A DNA stretch of 64,000 bases from Octopus bimaculoides (taxonomy: Eukaryota), in assembly GCF_001194135.2 (NCBI RefSeq), contig NC_068991.1, forward strand, positions 43,169,124-43,233,123, read 5' to 3'. The position numbers and the translations under genes are program-made. Below, in pieces: positions 40,155-53,612 of the stretch. The first letter of the stretch is position 1, and every line of letters starts with the position of its first letter. The notes below the pieces were generated by a model, which was not told the DNA's origin, searched no databases, and saw only the letters and a program-made list of their open reading frames with translations.

Positions 40155-41943
40155 TTTTAATGTGGAGCTGAGCTAACTTATTAAACAAGCCACAGTTGCG
40201 TATAAATGCTTATTCCCATATACGAACTATATCTTACTGTTATATCTAACATTCAACATATTCTTGTTTTCGATTAAATATTTTACTTATAAGAACAATA
40301 CGATAATTAGATATTTCTATTTTAAAGTTCTCTGATTCAATATAACGGTGGAAAAATGTTGTACTTTATTGTTTTGTTTTGCTACCTGACAATTCTTTTT
40401 CTTGTTATGTCGGTACTGTGTTTGACCTCCCTGCTAAACAGGCTTGTCTTTTTTTTTTTTTTTGTTCTTAAAATTTAGTTATTATACAAACTGCCTGAGA
40501 TTGACTGAAATCTAGTAAATTTTTGTTTGTTAACTCTAAAGCATTTTAATTTCAATTTAGATTCACTTAGCATTAAAGAACATGTCAATAAACTTTAGTT
40601 ACTATCTTAAAGAATTGCGTACCAATAATTGTTTCATGTCTCAAACAGAAAACCCTTGTTTTTTTAATCAGTTCTTCAGTTTTTGTTGTTCTGGTTTAGC
40701 AGTCCCGCAGCTCGTCAACCCTGTGTGAGTTGACTTATAATCATGAATATTCCAGCCATGACCATCCCGTCTTTTCCCTCCTTTTGGCTAATGCAGTTGG
40801 AAGATTGCATTATCCGAACTATCATTCCGTTTAAAAACAATACGTTGGTGGCGTAATTTGAGATTTGGCTGCTATTTCTAGCTGTTCGATTGTCTAGATA
40901 AAGGCTCTCTCGAGGCGTGAACTCCCTATTTGTCAATACAAATCTAATAAACAATCCTAAATAAACTATAATCTGAATATTACAATGGGAGCAATCTTCT
41001 CTGGATAAAAATTTTGTTTATCGAGAGAAGAAAAAAACACAATTTACAAAAATAAGCATAAAAATGATGAATGAATATTGATTTTAATATTTGTTTCTTG
41101 TAAACAGGATCACATTTTTAAGATGAAAATAATGACATAAAATTAAATATGATAGTCAGTGTTTCAGTATTGATTTCCTGATGTTTGTTTGAAGCCGGAA
41201 CTTTTTTAGGAAAGAGAATGTGAAGAATTGTGACTTATTTAAAGAACGACGTAAATAACAAGAAATTAAAACCTGGTTATGAGTTCGACTTACGAGTCAA
41301 GAACCTAAAATACTATTCAGAACGTTCCAATTTAAAGACAGTCATGAGAGTAACTAAATTTATGATAAAATTTGCTGAGTAAAAAATATTGATGAGTTGA
41401 TAAATATGTGAAACTTTATAACTAACATATTTTTAAACCTTCTTCGCATTAAAACTTGTAGCATTTATCAGCAACAAGTGTGATGGCTGTATATTCTCGC
41501 CAATGTACTTTTTGGTAAATTCTTTCTACTCAAATGTTATATCACGACTGCGTTTATTATGATTGATTACAGTGTTCTAAACATCGTAATTATGTTTCGA
41601 CTTATGAGTTGAAACATTAATTACTAGCCCATAACTAGGTTTTAATACCTCGTTAAGAGCCATCACTGATATTCTTTTAGAAAAACATGGTAGTTACAAC
41701 CCGTCTTCTCTTTCCTGCAAATTTCTGGCTTTAAACTGACCAGTTTATCTATTTATATGCCGTTATTTCCATTCTCCACTAAAGATGTGATCTTGATCGT
41801 TCCCAAGAAATTAATATTGATATCTTCGATCGGATATATGATCCATAAACCAGCCTACCCCAATATAATATTAACATATATATATTACAGAGATGCACTT
41901 GCATAGCAAGTGACCTGATCTGTGATCGTGTGCTGGAACGAAA

Positions 41944-42176
41944 ACAATTGCAGCGTGGAAGGTGTTTATAAGCCATTTAAAATAACACACAAAATCCGTT
42001 AGATTCACTTCAACATTTAAATTTAATTTGTCGAAATATTTTCGTCGCTTTGAGGCCGCGACCTGTTCACTGACAAAATTCTGTGCTGCATCATTAAATT
42101 TAAATGTTGAAGTGAATCTAACGGATTTTGTGTGTTATTTTAAATGGCTTATAAACCCCTTCCACGCTGCAATTGT
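41944..42176. mobile_element. MITE-like element with 84-bp inverted arms
   Basis: 41944-42027 (ACAATTGCAGCGTGGAAGG...AATTTAAT) is mirrored at 42093-42176. Confidence 0.8.
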
Positions 42177-42542
42177 ATANNNNNNNNNNGCGGCCATGCT
42201 GGAGCACCGCCTTTTAGTCGAGCAAATCGACCCAAGGACTTATTCTTTGGAAACCTAGTACTTATTCTATCGGTCTCTTTTGCCGAACCGCTAAGTTACG
42301 GGGACGTAAACACACCAGCATCGGTTGTCAAGCGATGGTGGGGGACAAACACAGACACACACATACATACATATATACAACGGGCTTCTTTCGGTTTCCG
42401 TCTACCAAATCCACTCACAAGGCTTTGGTTGGCCCGAGGCTATAGTAGAAGACACTTGCCCAAGGTTCCACGCAGTGGGACTGAACCCGGAACCACGTGG
42501 TTCGTAAGCAAGCTACTTACCACACAGCTATTCCTATGCCTA

Positions 42543-42773
42543 TACATTTACAGATTATTATTAATATGTCACATGTTTTTATAAATTGGCACTTTCATCT
42601 ACTCTAATAGAGTCTTCAGATTTGAAGAATCTATTAGAGTGGATGAAAGCACTAATATATGATTTATAAAAACATGTGACATATTAATAAAAGAAGAATC
42701 TATTAGAGTAGATGAAAGCGCTAATATATGATTTATAAAACATGTGACATATTAATAAAAATCTGTAAATGTA
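42543..42773. repeat. Hairpin element whose right arm is tandemly duplicated
   Basis: Left arm 42543-42617 pairs with 42624-42692. The roughly 68-nt right arm is repeated at 42693-42760. Confidence 0.8.
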
Positions 42774-43639
42774 CAACCATCCAGATCTCTGAGTACCTTA
42801 TTTTTTCTAATATATATATATATAGAGAGAGGGGGGGGGTAGTTTAAGTGCCAAGATATCAATATTCATTGATATACATAATAAGCTTACAATGACTTTT
42901 TTGTTCTATGGACGTCAGAATCAGTAATATCAGTCACATTTATAAAGCCCCTATCCAAACTTTTTGTCGCTAAAACTTTAGGGTGAACTATATTAATAAT
43001 TTTGAAATGTAATCTTGTGAAAGTAATTTTGTCAATCCTTTTGGTTTGTGATCATAGTATGGAAGTGGAAATATTGACACTATTTGACAATGTCCAAGCA
43101 GACGTGCTGTATAGGCAACTTACCCACTGGGGTTTTCAATTTCTTCGGATTTTAATGTTTCCAAAAACAAGTTACGAATTTACAAAATAAAAATGGATTT
43201 TAAAAAAATAACGAAAAACGTTTTAACTTTTGTTTTGTGCGTAGCACCACCCTACTCATCCCCAACTTTTGCTTTAACACATAAAGTGCGACAGGCCATG
43301 ATCATTGCCCAGACATTTAATTCTAGTGGTCGGTTCACTAACTGATGTTAGCTCTCTCTCAACTCATGAGTTATCACTGAGTTGTCACCAAGTAACTAAC
43401 TTATTTTTTTATTTGTCAATGAATGACACACAGAGAGGGGACAATACAAAACATTTAGGTTTGAGAGTTATGACTTAATGGAAATCGGAATATGAAATCG
43501 AATGGTATAATGAAATCGAGAACCGTATAAAAATTTATGTGATTATATTTTCGGGTTCGTGTTCAAGCCACCGGTGTTTTTTTTTTTCCTTTTTCTGCTT
43601 ATTACTTTTCCTTTCTGATTAGACTGGCTACACCAGCAC

Positions 43640-44130
43640 AGCCCCATTCGCTCTCAACTTCCTTACAACATTCGTCCATCTCTTCACAGACATACTTCAA
43701 GGCAGGTGCCTCTTCTCCAGGCCAATCTTTTTAGATAGGTGGTAGATAAAAAGACCAACCAATCCACATCCAGATATGAAGTTGCCTGCCTCAATTCCTC
43801 TTCCATGCATCATCCATACTGTTTCTTTCAATATGGCTACTACGCAGAAAAATGACGCCTCCTTTTCCTTGTTAAAGGAGGGAGGCTGCACAATCTTAAT
43901 GATAGACTCAGTCGATAACCGTACTCTTTCCGCACTTGGGGGTTCTTGTTTTTATAACTATCCAGAAGGATAGACATATCGTTGAGAACAATGGATTTCA
44001 TTGGTGGTACTTGTTATCTTAATTCTAGCTTTTGGTGAAATAGAAGAGGTTAGAAAGGTCAAGCGGTGATGACATTATTTCAGACTAGAGCTAAGGCAAT
44101 CTGGCAAATGTAAAACTGCTGTCACAGAAA
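43640..44130 (-). mobile_element. L1/Tx1-like LINE C-terminal remnant
   Basis: ESIIKIVQPPSFNKEKEASFFCVVAILKETVW..FIYHLSKKIGLEKRHL..KRWTNV resembles the C-terminus of Tx1-like ORF2. Confidence 0.55.
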
Positions 44131-44220
44131 AACTATTGTTCTGCCGTGAAAAAAGTTCTGTTGAACTGTTACTTGAAATTTGGCTATGGTGGATCGAATC
44201 CACTTCATGCCAGCAAGATC

Positions 44221-44251
<31 letters not shown>

Positions 44252-44479
44252 GGCATCTCCAGCATTACAGCTACCTCAGTTTCTGGATTGCACGCTTATG
44301 GAAATTGTAAAGAATAACCATTAATTTCAAAATATGGGGTAAAATTAGCAATGAAGAAGCTATAGAGAATATTTTATGTCGAGTTCCATTAATTTCATAT
44401 CATTTGCCATTTTTCCATGATCCTCTTTCATTTGACTGAAATATTTTAAATTTTTGTTGCATTTCACATGTTGACAGTT

Positions 44480-45870
44480 AATTTCTCTTCTCTGTGGTGT
44501 GTGTGTGTATGAAGAGTTGTTTTGCATCACCATAATCCAATCAGCATTGTGTAATTCAGATCTGTTATTAATTTGCAGGGTGTACTTGTTAACTAAAATA
44601 GCATCTTTTATTCTCAATTCCCAGTGTTTCTTTCAGTAATTTCGATAGAAACTTGGATGTCTTGGATGTGGCATTTTTGTAGGTGCTTTTCTATGGAAGA
44701 TGCATTAACATAGAGATGTTCTTCAATTCATATGTCAACTAGTCTGATGGTACTTCTGATGTAGCACTCACAACATTTGTTATACATGATGTTATACATC
44801 TTCTAGAACCACAGACATATATTTTTATCTTTGCTTTTGCAGTTAAGCAATGTACATAAGATCTTGTTTTGTCCTGGTTTGTTTTAGTTAAGACCCTCCT
44901 CAAATTGTGTAGCAGATTGCAACAATTGCCTTTTTGTTAAAATATGGCAGTTTCAAAAAGTACATGTTATCCTTGGATGTGTAGGTATTGTTAGGGATGG
45001 TGATCCTAGCACAAGCCATCTTAGATCTGATGGGCAGAGATAAATTATAATATATATATGTATTATCTAAAAAATACAGTATTATATATCCATCACAGCT
45101 CATCTTATCAACTGGCTTCATGCTAAGGATACAATGGAGTGTTAGGTAACAATCTGATTATATAACCTTATGCTCATCAGTATGTCAGTTGGGATAAGAT
45201 ATTCTAGGCACTTACCTTAGGAAGCACTTCTACAGATAGCAGGTATCTGAAAATTTCAAGAGGCGTATCTCCTTATGAAACTGTTATTCTAGATAAATAG
45301 AAAATCTGCACACTATAAATAATGATATAAATTAAAGACTGATTTTGTGATATTGTTTTTATTTCCTAGTTTGCAATTGTTTCAACAATTTCATGGTGAC
45401 TAATCTTGTCATTTTGAGTTGAACCTGAATTGCTACGTTATAGAATTCACTAATGGCAGCAAATTTACTATTATCACCATATGTTCCATAACTACTTGTG
45501 TATGTTTCATATTTCTACATTATGCTGTTAAGAATAACTGAATGAAAATGCCTCCAATTATCGCAAGTTTCTTTTTGAGAATTTCAGTAATTTGTGCTGC
45601 TATTGAGCAAGAATAACACAAATATTAGAAAGCTTAATAAACCTATTGGCAACCTGATAAATAGATATAGTAACAATACCCCAACACTTAGATACCCACC
45701 TGGAGACATGTGTGTGATCTGTTGCATTTGATCATTCGTTTTGAAGCAACTGAAGTGCACTGATAACCTAACATTCAAGGAGGATGTTACATTTGCCAAT
45801 TTCTTCTAAAGACTCAAGGCCTCAGCAACTGTCACTAATATCTCAGGGATTCCTTGAGTGTGCTTCTTTC
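44480..45870 (-). mobile_element. Degraded Penelope-like element (RT plus GIY-YIG)
   Basis: CTLLNCKSKDKNICL..YNIMYNKCCECYIRSTIRL..IEEHL..SSIEKHLQKC..RIKDAILV..INNRSEL is a GIY-YIG-like pattern. Weak RT-like text lies upstream. Confidence 0.6.
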
Positions 45871-48430
45871 TTTAGTAATTCCCTGACTCAAGCATTTCTT
45901 TATCATTCTCATTGTCACTCTTTCTGATATTGAGCACCATTGCTAAGGAAACATGACTTAGAAATATCGAAGACTTCAGAAAGCACTACATAAAACTCCC
46001 ACAGTGCTATGATAATATATTTCAAACCAATGACATAACTCAATGATGAGTCCAATTATGTGAAAGTTTGTAAATCAAACAAATACTCTTTATATTATAT
46101 GCATCATGTGTTTGTGTGTACGTGATAGTTACTCCAAACAAGATATGTGAGCCATACTTTCATGTCAAATGTATTTAAGTTTTTTATGAACTTGGTAGTT
46201 ACTCAGAGCTGAAATATATTCCTATTCTGAAAAAGAAGCTAATCTTTTGTAATGCAGTCTGTAAAATGTAAGATATGTGTAGTTATGATAAGAATCCATC
46301 TGTTCATTTCACATAAATCTAATTATGTCCAAAGAGGAAGTACATTACCTACGCATACGTGCACAAGCAAAGTAGCCAGGTGTTTATCTAGTTATCTTCA
46401 TTTTTCACATTTGGGTGAAATGTTACCTGTGTATTTTGAATTATACTTAAATCAGGCATACTTCATTTCACATAATTGTCAAAAGCACCATATCCACTTG
46501 TGTAAAATGAGGGCTTTAATAAACTGACCAGGTCTCTTAGTGTGTATTTGGGCACAGCAGTTAAATCTGTAGACCTCACTTCACATAACTGTCTGGAATA
46601 CCATATCAATTTATGTATAAAGTAAGGACTTTAAATACACGGGATCATCAGGATTAAAATAGCATTACTACCAAATGTGAAAAAAAAGATAACAGGATAA
46701 AATATTTTATTAATCTTTAGGTACAAGAAGTGATGGTTGCATCATATTTGTAGGTATTAGATTATTTGAGATTGTTTCCTATGACAAACTAGGTTTCTAT
46801 CCAGAGGAAAACTTACCTTTCTACTACTTAATGATATAAGAACAAGATCTAAGTACTGAGCCTTGAAAACTCTTCAGGGCTTAGGAGGTATTTGGATTCT
46901 GAGGAAGGAGAATGGTGCACTAAACTGAAGGTTAGAGTGATTTTGTAATAAAAGGAAATTCAATATGGCAGAACTTCTGAGAATAGGATTTAAAAAGAAA
47001 GATATAGTACAGGATTGGTGCAATGCATCCCTTCTGGTCAAGTTACCTCTAATACAGCAAACAAGTTCTGAAGAACATACATCATTATAATAGAAAGAAG
47101 TAGATAGGGAAGATATAGTACAGTGACAGATAAATGACTTAAAACTTTCAGAAAGGGAGTTGGCTTTAAAATAGATACCAAACTATGTGAAAACAATCTG
47201 GTAAGATTTTGTTTTAAATAAATAAAATGTCAAAAAGAAAGAAAAAAGACAAGAAAAAGCTATAAAAATGTATAATCTTAAGAAATAACTCTCAATTTTT
47301 TTATAATTTCATAGTGCATATTAATGCAAACTCTTGGTGTAATAGAAATACTGTATGAACTTAGGTCAAATAAACAAAGTCTTGATAAGAATTGTGACTG
47401 ATAAAAGTTGTTTATTTCATTGGCTGAAATAACAAATTTGAGCATTTTAAGGTGATAAAAAAAATCACGAAAGCTACACATACATTGAATTAAGATTAAA
47501 CTTGGTTAGCTTTTTTTTCTTTTCTGGAGGTTACATTTCTTATGATCAAATATATTATGGTAAATCATGAAGAAGTAAAAGAGACACAAGAAGGGAAACC
47601 CTTCTATATAATATAATGAGTAATTACATTCCACACCAAAGGGTCTCCTTCTCACTTCAGAATTTATTTTAATTTATGACTAAGAGACCTAAACCTGTCA
47701 GTGTTGCTTCATAATAAGATCTTGCAATATATCATCAGCATATTCTTCTTTCAGTATTTATCTAGGCTATTTTTTTTTTCAATTAGTTTATCTTCAACTG
47801 AACAACCTCATTACATACAAACATACACATACATACATTCATACACATACACACACACACACACATACATACATACATACATACATACATACATACATAC
47901 ATAATACATACATACATACAAACAAACAAACAAACAAACAGACAGAGAAGGAAGATAAACAAAAAATCTGAAAAAAATTGAAACATGGTGGCAGTTTCTG
48001 AGAAACAGTAGATTGCATAGATAACATGCTGCATCATATGACCAAATGGAAATAGTCTACAATGCATAATGTATAACTAGTAAAATAAACAATATTCTTT
48101 TGTTTAATTATCATTTATGTTTTATGGTATGACATAGTTGTAATCTCATTTTAACATCAGTTATAAATTTAACAGATTTTTTTAAACAATATTGGGAAAG
48201 AAAAAGAAATGCATACAGATACCCTTGAATTTTGCAAGTATATATGTATATATATATATATATATATCATCATCGTTTAACGTCTGTTTTATGAGCAGAT
48301 TTCGCTATTTTTCTCAACATAGGTTTCCCTATTTTCTTCCAAGTGTCCATATTTATTATTAAAATATCACTTCCAGTATCCAACTGAAGTTTAATATGTA
48401 TTCCATTTATTTTTATGTGTATGAATTTTC

Positions 48431-48960
48431 TTATTTAGGAGTCGATTTTTGTTTCTGCTGAGAACACTCAAGGATTTTTAACATTTGACCTTCGTACTTT
48501 TGTTCTGCAATGTGAACTCTTGTGACCAATTCTTTTGCAACTGTAGCATTTTTGATTTTTGAATGGACAGTCTTTTCTGTAATGTATGCCCCCCCGCATC
48601 CATAACATGGATTAGGACATGGTGCTCTTTTTTGGTTGTACTTTTCCGGTCGGCATATCTGTATTTTTAAGGAATCCTTTTCTTGAATTTTTTCTACATC
48701 ATGTTTCACATTTACTATCCTATGGCATTCTTCTGCCATGGATTGTAAGGTAGGTCTTGGTTCGTTTGCTTCAATTTAGAAAGAATTCTTGCCCGAATTT
48801 TTGTATTTTTGCTTGCTGTAAAGCCCTGTAAAAAAATAAGACACTAGAACATCTCAGGTGTAAGTTCTTTGAGTTTAAAACTTTCACGCATCCTGTTGAC
48901 TGTTCCTGTGTATGTGATAAAATCATCATTCTCTTTTATCGTTATATTCCAAACAAACTG
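48431..48960 (-). mobile_element. Gypsy-like gag zinc-knuckle remnant
   Basis: PNPCYGCGG followed by a frameshifted second CCHC knuckle (CYSCKRIGHK..HC). Confidence 0.6.
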
Positions 48961-49432
48961 AGGCATTCCATTGAACCAGGGATGATCTGGTTCTTCTCAG
49001 ATGAAAAGAACTTCTGCCAAACCAGTTGTACAATACCCAGATGTTGTCCTATGTATCACGAAAACCAGGTTTTCCAAAATTATGATCGTCTTTGGATGTG
49101 TCTCCAGTGAGAGGGACATCATGCAGCCCCACATCTTTGAAAAGTGCTTTTCTGAAGGTATTGCAAGGAACTGATTTCTGCTGCCATATGTATGGTCTTC
49201 CAGTAGCAACCCTCTCCAGCTAGGGATTGACCACAGTACTTTAAGCTCAATTCAGACAGCTATTTGAAGCTGCTGGAGATTGTGGTCAATCCCTAGCTGG
49301 AGAGGGTTGCTGCTGGAAGGACATATGTATGGCAGCAGGAATCGGTTCCTTGCAATACCTTCAGAAAGTGTCAGAAGTGGTTGTCAGAGAATTTCCACAA
49401 CTTCACCAGCCCCAATTTCTGACCTCCTAATT
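48960..49432. mobile_element. DD37D mariner-like fragment with an internal inversion
   Basis: Same family as 58040-59150. About 49157-49236 is mirrored at about 49281-49360. Confidence 0.7.
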
Positions 49433-50207
49433 TGGTTTCCTCATGCAGGGCTATAACAGAAAGCACTTGCATGAGGTGCCATGCAGTGGGACTGAACTCA
49501 AGACAATGTAGTGGGAAAGCAAATTTCTTACTACACAACCATGCCTGCATCTCTCTCTCCCTCTGTCTATCTCTCTCTCTCTCTCATGCACACATAAATA
49601 TATACACATATACATATGTACACATATGTGTATACCTGTGTTGTGTAACTGGCACTTTGACACGTAAAAAGTACCCTTCAAACATTGGGCAATATGCTTG
49701 AGAAGACTTGTCAAGCCAAGTGAAACTGTAGTCATAGCCGATGCCAGTGGCATATAAAAAGCACACTTCCAGCTTTGAGCCTCACCGAGGCAGTGACAAG
49801 TGATCAAGACCTTTGGCAATATACCATGCTTGAGAAGACCTGTCTAGCTACGTGAGATTGTAGTCATGGCTGATGCCGGTGTTTCATAACTGGCACCCAT
49901 GCCGGTGGCATTTAAAAAGCACTTACTATATTCTTGGAGTGGTTCGCATTTTAAAAGAAGCCTTTCTGATGTGGTAGATGCAGTGACTGACAGCTGGCAT
50001 GGTCCAGAGTTGGTGTCGTATGGTTTTTATGGTCACAAGTTTGCATGGAATTTAAGAATTCATTAAATTATTTTACATGAAGATGACTTTATGAAACTTT
50101 TATGGGGTGTATTTGTAATCCTATATACTACACTTATCCATAGATTAGACACAACATTCTTTCATGACAAGTGTGCATCAAGCATTTTATCTAAAATAAA
50201 CAAATAC

Positions 50208-50259
<52 letters not shown>

Positions 50260-51534
50260 CTCAGATAGATAGGCACACATACATTTATAAATAAATATAA
50301 AATGCAGTGATATTACAAGCTATCTCCAATTTTTAATGTCAATTTTAAACATAAGTGTATGCAAGTCTAATCAGAAGTCATTTCAGTTTAGTCTAAATAC
50401 CATAGCATATTATTAATTTGAAGCAATTTTTAAGATGGCAGGGTGAAATTTGATGGGGATTTGATTGCTTTTGTAGCAGGATGACCTACTGTATAGAGGC
50501 AGAATTGAGTGACCTAAAGGTGTACAACAGTAACTTGTAAACTGAAGTCTATATCTTTGTTCCCTGTAATCATTTATCAGAGTGGATATGAATCCTCTTC
50601 TAATACAGTAAAGTCATTGTATTTGGGTATTTACTGGGACTTGTGGGCTCTGCTCGAGGGGTCCCTATGTAATCACTTTATGTGAAGGAAACAGCAGCCA
50701 AATTTCACTCAAGCCACACCTTAGTATCAGGAAAAAGGAAGGATACATTAAACAATGTAGTTCTAGATATACAAAAGATGGTGGTGCACAATTCTTGAAC
50801 ATCTTCAACTACAGGTCTGCTTGATCGGGGCTGAACCACTAGAACAATTACTAAAAAACTTCTACATCAATAGCAATATCGACCATCTTGACAAGTTTTC
50901 CTGAAAAAAAAAAAAAAAAAGCAAAGGAAGGAAAAGGAAGTATATGGGTCTGGACAACTTTTAAATAATACACAGTACTCATATGACATCATTTATTAAC
51001 CCTCAGACATCATAGTGCAGAAATGAGACAATCCTACATACAGAAAAATAATAACACTTAACCCATGATTACAATACAAAGAATTTCTTAAGTATTTTTC
51101 AGTGGGTGGCCACAAATGCACACTGATTTTTTAAAATCTTTTCATCCTTTTATACAAACTTGGTGAGGGTGATTTCTTCATATTGCCAATGATTTGAACA
51201 TGTCTGTTAAACCTTTTGCTATCGACTTGCCTTAGAACAACCCTGGTTCTATGATGCAAACTTCCTGTGTTCTAAACACCAGCTTAATAATCCTTTCTAC
51301 TATAGGCACAAGGCCTGAAATTTTGTGGAGTGGGGACTAGTTGATAACATCGACCCCAGTACTCAACTGGTACTTAATTTATTGACCCAGAAAGGATGAA
51401 AAGCAAAATCAACCTCAGTAGAATTTGAACTCAGAATGTAACAACGGACGAAATGCCGCTAAGCATTTTGCACAGCGTGCTGACGATTCTGCCAGCTCAC
51501 CACCTACACCAGCTTATTAACGACAGTTATTTTA

Positions 51535-53200
51535 CTAAATTCTACCAGGATGTCGTCTATATAGAAATTGGTCAAATTTTTTTACCTTGTCCACCTTTCC
51601 CAAGATAGATTTGAGCATTGTTGCCATGATCTTTGGTGCAGAATTCAACCTGAAACCCAGCTCAGTCAGACAGTATATTTGGCCCTTATAATGCACCAGC
51701 TGATATTGCCATAATTTCTCACTCACATGGAGCTGCAGATATGCCAACTTCAAGTTGACAATTGTTGCAGCCCTCATCAACTGTCTCCATTCTTGCATTG
51801 TTTCTCTGCAGTTATCAGTAACCTCACCGTCCATGTGGCACATTGCATAGCCAGTCAGCTCTTGAAAGTCCAGTACTGACTTGACCGTAACTTTGTTGGC
51901 TGTACCACTGCCATGAGTGGCAGCACTTCACTCTTCACTTCCTCCTTCCACAGGATTAGGATACCTTCTCTGATCCATCTATCTATGTCTCCTTCGAACT
52001 CGCTCCTGGCATCTCCTTTCAAGGTATGCTGATAACAGCTTAGCCTGTACAGCAATATCGAGGGTCTCCTTTCCAGCACCACTCAACAGTTCACTGCTGA
52101 CTGTTGATCACTACCTGAAAATGTTCAACTTCAATGGTGTAAGCGGTATAATTCTCCCCAGGGTTCAGCCCACTCTCATTGCAGACTCACAGTGCATGAT
52201 GCCCCTGCGCCACTAAATGAAACCATGTCTCCACTAACAACGACACCTCCTAGACAGTTGATAGTGTCCATGTCCATCACCACATCAATTCCATCTACCA
52301 CATGGTTGATCACAGTTACTCACAGCCTTAGTGTTGTGTCCTCCACTTGCTGCTACCCTTACATCTAATTTCAATACTGTCAACCACCCTAATACTACTC
52401 ACCCCTTCCACTTTTTAGTTACCTTTGGGGTCATGAGAGACGTTGAACAACCTATATTCACAAGGGTTTTGAATGCCTTTCCTCCAACCAGTATTTCAAC
52501 TATAGGCAGCAACCTTATGAGAGACTCTACTTGCTTGCAAGGGAAGTTTGAGAGGTAGCAACGTCTTTGTGGCCTTTTCCCTGGTTGCAGTTTCAAGCTA
52601 CATGCTCTGTCCACTTGCACTGGTAGCAAATGGGTTCGGACTTCATCTCCTTGCTGTCCCTTGCCATGTGTGGTCCCTGGCACTTGAAACACTGGCCCAT
52701 AAATGGTTGTGGAAACTCCAAGGTGGCTTTTCTCTCCTCATTCTTCGTCAGTTGTCATATGACACCATGGGCTTCTGTAGCTGCCATTACTACTGCATTC
52801 TGCCCAATGTTTTGCATCGACACACGGGTTTGTGCAACAAGTTCACTCATCAACATCTCACTGCTCGGCAGTTGTTGCAGCCACACTGATATGCCGTCAG
52901 GGGAACCATTTACAAAAGCTAACCATGCTGGCTGCATACATGTCCACTTGTTCTCCTGTCCACTTGACCTTTCCTAGTTTGGTGAATACAGTATATGATC
53001 CTCCTGTAAATGCTTCCTTTAAGTGCTGTTCAATCTTCTCTGTATCCACCTGGCCTGTTTCGTCTATTTTGAGGTACAGTGCCAATGCATTTCCCTCCAG
53101 ATACAGAACCATGAGACCTGCTACATCTTCAATGCTTTACAACTTGACCACCACTTTGATCTTCTGAATCCATGTGGTAACATGTCCCTTGCCAAAGAAA
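51535..53200 (-). mobile_element. Ty3/gypsy-like gag-protease-RT remnant
   Basis: gag-like LYLEGNALALYL, protease LPIVEILVGGKAFKTLVNIGCS, RT IDRWIREGIL..LPLMAVVQ..AYLQLHV..LWQYQ..GFRLNSAPKIM, and a frameshifted YIDDIL-like motif. Confidence 0.8.
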
Positions 53201-53612
53201 GGTCTGATGGAATCACTTACTGATCCTTATTTCTGCTGACATATCATGGAAGACGACAGAAAAAGAAAATACAGGAAGGTTGAAATAGCTTATAGTATGA
53301 ACAAAGTGCAATTCACCTACTTCTCAGGTTACCTCAGGTCAACTGTTCAACTGAGTTATATCTGAAAAATGTCCTACATGCTAACCTACCACTAGAACCT
53401 AATAGCAAAATTCCCTCTCTAGCTTATACGTCCACACACGTCCATCTGCCACTGCTGTTCCAAAACAAAGAGACCCACACTGGTCCTTTGTCTGCCCACC
53501 TGACCTCCTTCCCCCCACCCCAGTTGGGCCCCTCAGCCATCGACATCACTGACCCTTTCCTCATGGCTCACCTCATCTCCACAGTGTATATATATATATA
53601 TATATATACATA

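Noticed and set aside
38118-41957. RCGTG hypoxia-response-element cores near EGLN1 (38118, 40915, 41953)
   Set aside because: A 5-mer is expected by chance, one is inside a MITE, and there is no conservation data.
46550-47250. Possible further PLE RT remnant
   Set aside because: Only faint motif resemblance across many stops, so it was not supportable as a feature.
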